Positions 61,200 to 64,000 of a stretch of DNA of 64,000 bases are shown one piece after another. The translations under genes were made by a program, and so were the position numbers. This DNA is from Macrostomum lignano. Its lineage: Eukaryota. The stretch covers positions 1,178,001 through 1,242,000 of the forward strand of contig NIVC01000059.1 of assembly GCA_002269645.1 (NCBI GenBank), written 5' to 3'. How positions within the stretch are numbered: the stretch's first letter is position 1; each line of letters begins with the position of its first letter. The notes under the pieces were generated by a model. It was given only the letters and a program-made list of their open reading frames with translations. It was not told the origin of the DNA and did not search any database.

Positions 61200-61970
61200 C
61201 AAGGGGTGTCCTAGAAGTAGTGTCACTTTTGCTTGCTTCTATGAGTATTAATGTGTTAAAAAATCATATGCCCTAAAAGTTAGTAGCTTATTTTAGCTTT
61301 CATGCCATGAAAGTCCAATTTTTATAATTGCTTCCTGCTGTAAGCATGCATTTGTTTACATACCCTTAGCCATAGAAATACACACCACATAATGCTTCTA
61401 TGCTCACTCAGAAGAAAGCCACAAGTAGAGCTAATCAAGCACAGAGTTGCAAGACAGCAGCTACAAGATTTGTTCCACTTATGGACCCTAACTTTCACTC
61501 TACAGAAGGGCAGAGACACACAATCTTTACACTTTGGAGTCTTGGTCAGAAATGCCCTGATATTCAAGAAAACCTAACCTGCATTCATAGTCCCAACTCC
61601 CAATGCTATCAGTTGGCAACAGTTTACAGGTAGATCAAACAGGCTAGCAGTGTGGTGCCAACTTATCCAAAAGTTAGGGTCCATGAATGGAACAAATCTT
61701 GTAGCTGCTGTCTTGCAACTCTGTGCTTGATTAGCTCTACTTGTGGCTTTCTTCTGAGTGAGCATAGAAGCATTATGTGGTATGTATTTCTATGGCTAAG
61801 GGTATGCAAACAAATGCATGCTGCTTACAGCAGGAAGCACTTATAAAAATTGGACTTTCATGGCATGAAAGCTAAAATAAGCTGCTAACTTTTAGGGCAT
61901 TTGATTTTTTAACACACATAAATACTTGTAGAAGCAAGCAAAAGCAACATTACTTCTGGGACACCCCTTA
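61200..61970. mobile_element. Tc1/mariner-type MITE, 771 bp, with ~295-bp TIRs and TA target duplication
   Basis: Left end TA|CAAGGGGTGTCC at 61198-61211; right end GGACACCCCTTA|TA at 61959-61972. The arms 61200-61493 and about 61670-61970 are reverse complements, and opposite-strand ORFs translate almost identically. Confidence 0.88.
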
Positions 61971-63418
61971 TAGTTGAGTAGTTGAATAGATTTTAAGTGC
62001 ATTTTAAAGAAATAGTCATTTTTGTATTTGTAACAAGATAGTTTAAAAACAATTTGGTAAATTACTTTAGTAACAATTAAGAGACAATGGCATAAATTAT
62101 TTATGATGACATACAATGTAGTGTGTTGTTGTGTGAGACGAGGTTGGGGGAAGTGGGGTAGGAATGTTTATTATCACGATGCATTATCCATTGCTTGCTT
62201 GCTATTCTTTCCTTCCTTTCCTTTTCCCCTTTTGATTTGCATACATGTATGAGAGACCCTCAAGGGTCTTTGTTGCTTGCGTATGGTGCTTGCTAAATAT
62301 ATAGAAGTGACTGGCTCTTTCAGAGCCTCAACCTACTTTTGCAGTAGACACAGTCTACAAAATTATTAATTATAGATAACCTATATCAACTATAAATTTT
62401 ACCTAGTATAACACTTTTTTAATCTTAGCCTACTTTTTTTAGAACTAGAACTATATGCCTACAACTTTTAAGGTTTCAAAAACATTCTATCAAGCAAAAC
62501 TTAGTTGGAAAACAAAGCAAAATTGACAATTTTATTTAGTAAGGCACAAAAACATTTTGAGCTTTTCACTAATCACTGAAATGAGTAAATTTTTTATATC
62601 AATTGTTTTTTTAATTTTGTCTATTGTAGAAAGCAATATTTATAGGTTTTCTATTCAGTATTAATAAAATAAGTGCAAAGTTACTAACTTATGATTGTTC
62701 ATTAGCAGATTGCATATAAATGAATTTAATTTAATTAGCCCATGGTATAGTCTTGTTTATATATATTATCAAGCTCTAATTTGCCTTTTGATAAAAACAA
62801 AAGAATTTTATTTCAACAATTACATTTTTGCATAAGGCCTATAGGCCTACTGTTTCATCAAGACTTAAGGCAAAATCAAGCAAAGAAATAGCAGTAAAAT
62901 GCAACAAAAACTATAGAGCAGCTACAATAAATCCATTCACTATAATTATAAGGATCCTTAATAGCTCATATGTACATGTATTGCATGAATTAATACCATG
63001 TAATAAGGTGAGCATTAGCTAGGCCTAATCATGTGTTTAATAAAGTATTTTTAGTATTTTTATGTGACATGGGTGCCAGAGTTGACATAACCCTAGGGCC
63101 CAGTTTTAGCTGGTACATTTTTTGATATTATGACAATCATTTTTTGATAAACTAACATGCTTTTATATTCACTGTTTTACTTACTTTAGGCTTTTAAAGT
63201 TTTAATTTAGGTTTTTCTAAGAATCAGAATAGGCTCTGGCTGTGTCCAACATTTTCTTTCTACTATAGTCTGTTTATGATGTATACTTTACTTGGGTAGG
63301 TCCTAGTCATTTTGTCACCTGGAGTTTTGTCAACTGGCAATTTTGTCAACTTAGTTTGCTTTAGTCATTTCATCAACTAGCCAATGAAGCAGTCTCAACA
63401 AAATTGACTGGTTTCAAT

Positions 63419-63678
63419 AGGACTTTTCATATTACCAATTCCAGAACCAGAATTGGTTCGGAATTCCAAGAAAAACAGCAGTATAACTATTAAACTCTGT
63501 TAATATTTGACTGCCTTAACAACCTAACTTAGCACAATTTTTCACTTTCTTCTTGGCGATTGTCATTCAATAATAAAAACTTTATAGCACATATATCCCT
63601 CTAGTTATGGAGACAAAAAGTTATACTTCACAAATTGGTTCTGGTTCTGGAACCAGAGCAAGCAATATGAAAAGGCCC
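63419..63678. mobile_element. Possible small MITE with short imperfect TIRs
   Basis: GGACTTTTCATATT...TTCCAGAACCAGAA is mirrored by TTCTGGTTCTGGAA...AATATGAAAAGGCCC; no clear TSD. Confidence 0.35.
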
Positions 63679-64000
63679 AATATAAATAAATTGTAATAGA
63701 ATTTTGAATTTTGAATATCTTCAAAATTTCTAGGCAGTTGTTATTTTTATGGTGACCAGACAAATAGCGATATGGTTATTTGTCCGGTTACTGGATAATG
63801 GCTATGCTTTCCCATTCATCTGGTTAATACCAGACAAATAGGCTTTTTATTATTTGACTGGTTAAATTGATAATGCTAAAATATCTATTTTATAAAAACT
63901 GCAAGGGTGAATATTCCTAGACTTCAAAGCCTTTTTAATTGTATCAAGAATATATTAGTTAGCTATTTATTCTAAAACATTTAGTAATTAAAAAATATTT

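Overview
Eukaryotic (animal) genomic DNA, not prokaryotic. It has GT-AG spliced genes whose introns are largely filled with private micro- and minisatellites. Compositional style (GC-rich internal exons, poly-Ala/Gln tracts, repeat-filled introns) would fit a free-living flatworm such as Macrostomum, but that is inference only. Gene models were spliced by hand, with intron phases checked. (1) TMEM248 homolog, minus strand, 4 coding exons, 4573-7504. (2) Quaking/HOW-type STAR (KH) RNA-binding protein, plus strand, 7 coding exons, 12449-23958. (3) Unidentified multi-exon gene, minus strand, 27412-29027, probably extending to about 32.5 kb. (4) Intronless JmjC protein with a signal peptide and C-terminal RDEL, minus strand, 29464-30729. 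(5) Secreted N-formylglutamate amidohydrolase-like protein, minus strand, 3 exons, 34291-37441. (6) WASHC4/SWIP, minus strand, 11 coding exons, about 1192 aa, 44085-60815. Mobile DNA includes a full-length dead mariner, a Mutator/foldback-like MITE with a 9-bp TSD, a TA-flanked Tc1/mariner MITE, two tRNA-derived SINE copies and a Lep1-like fragment. The best leads are: about 29 tandem bipartite Quaking response elements in intron 2 of the quaking gene itself; the JmjC gene apparently nested on the same strand inside another gene, with an HxH...H metal site; six separate minisatellites sharing one GGCGATTCT core; strong CpG depletion confined to gene 5' ends; and a bacterial-type FGase gene. 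The long ORFs inside repeats (655 aa, 933 aa and others) are artefacts. No CRISPR, rRNA or intact tRNA gene was seen.
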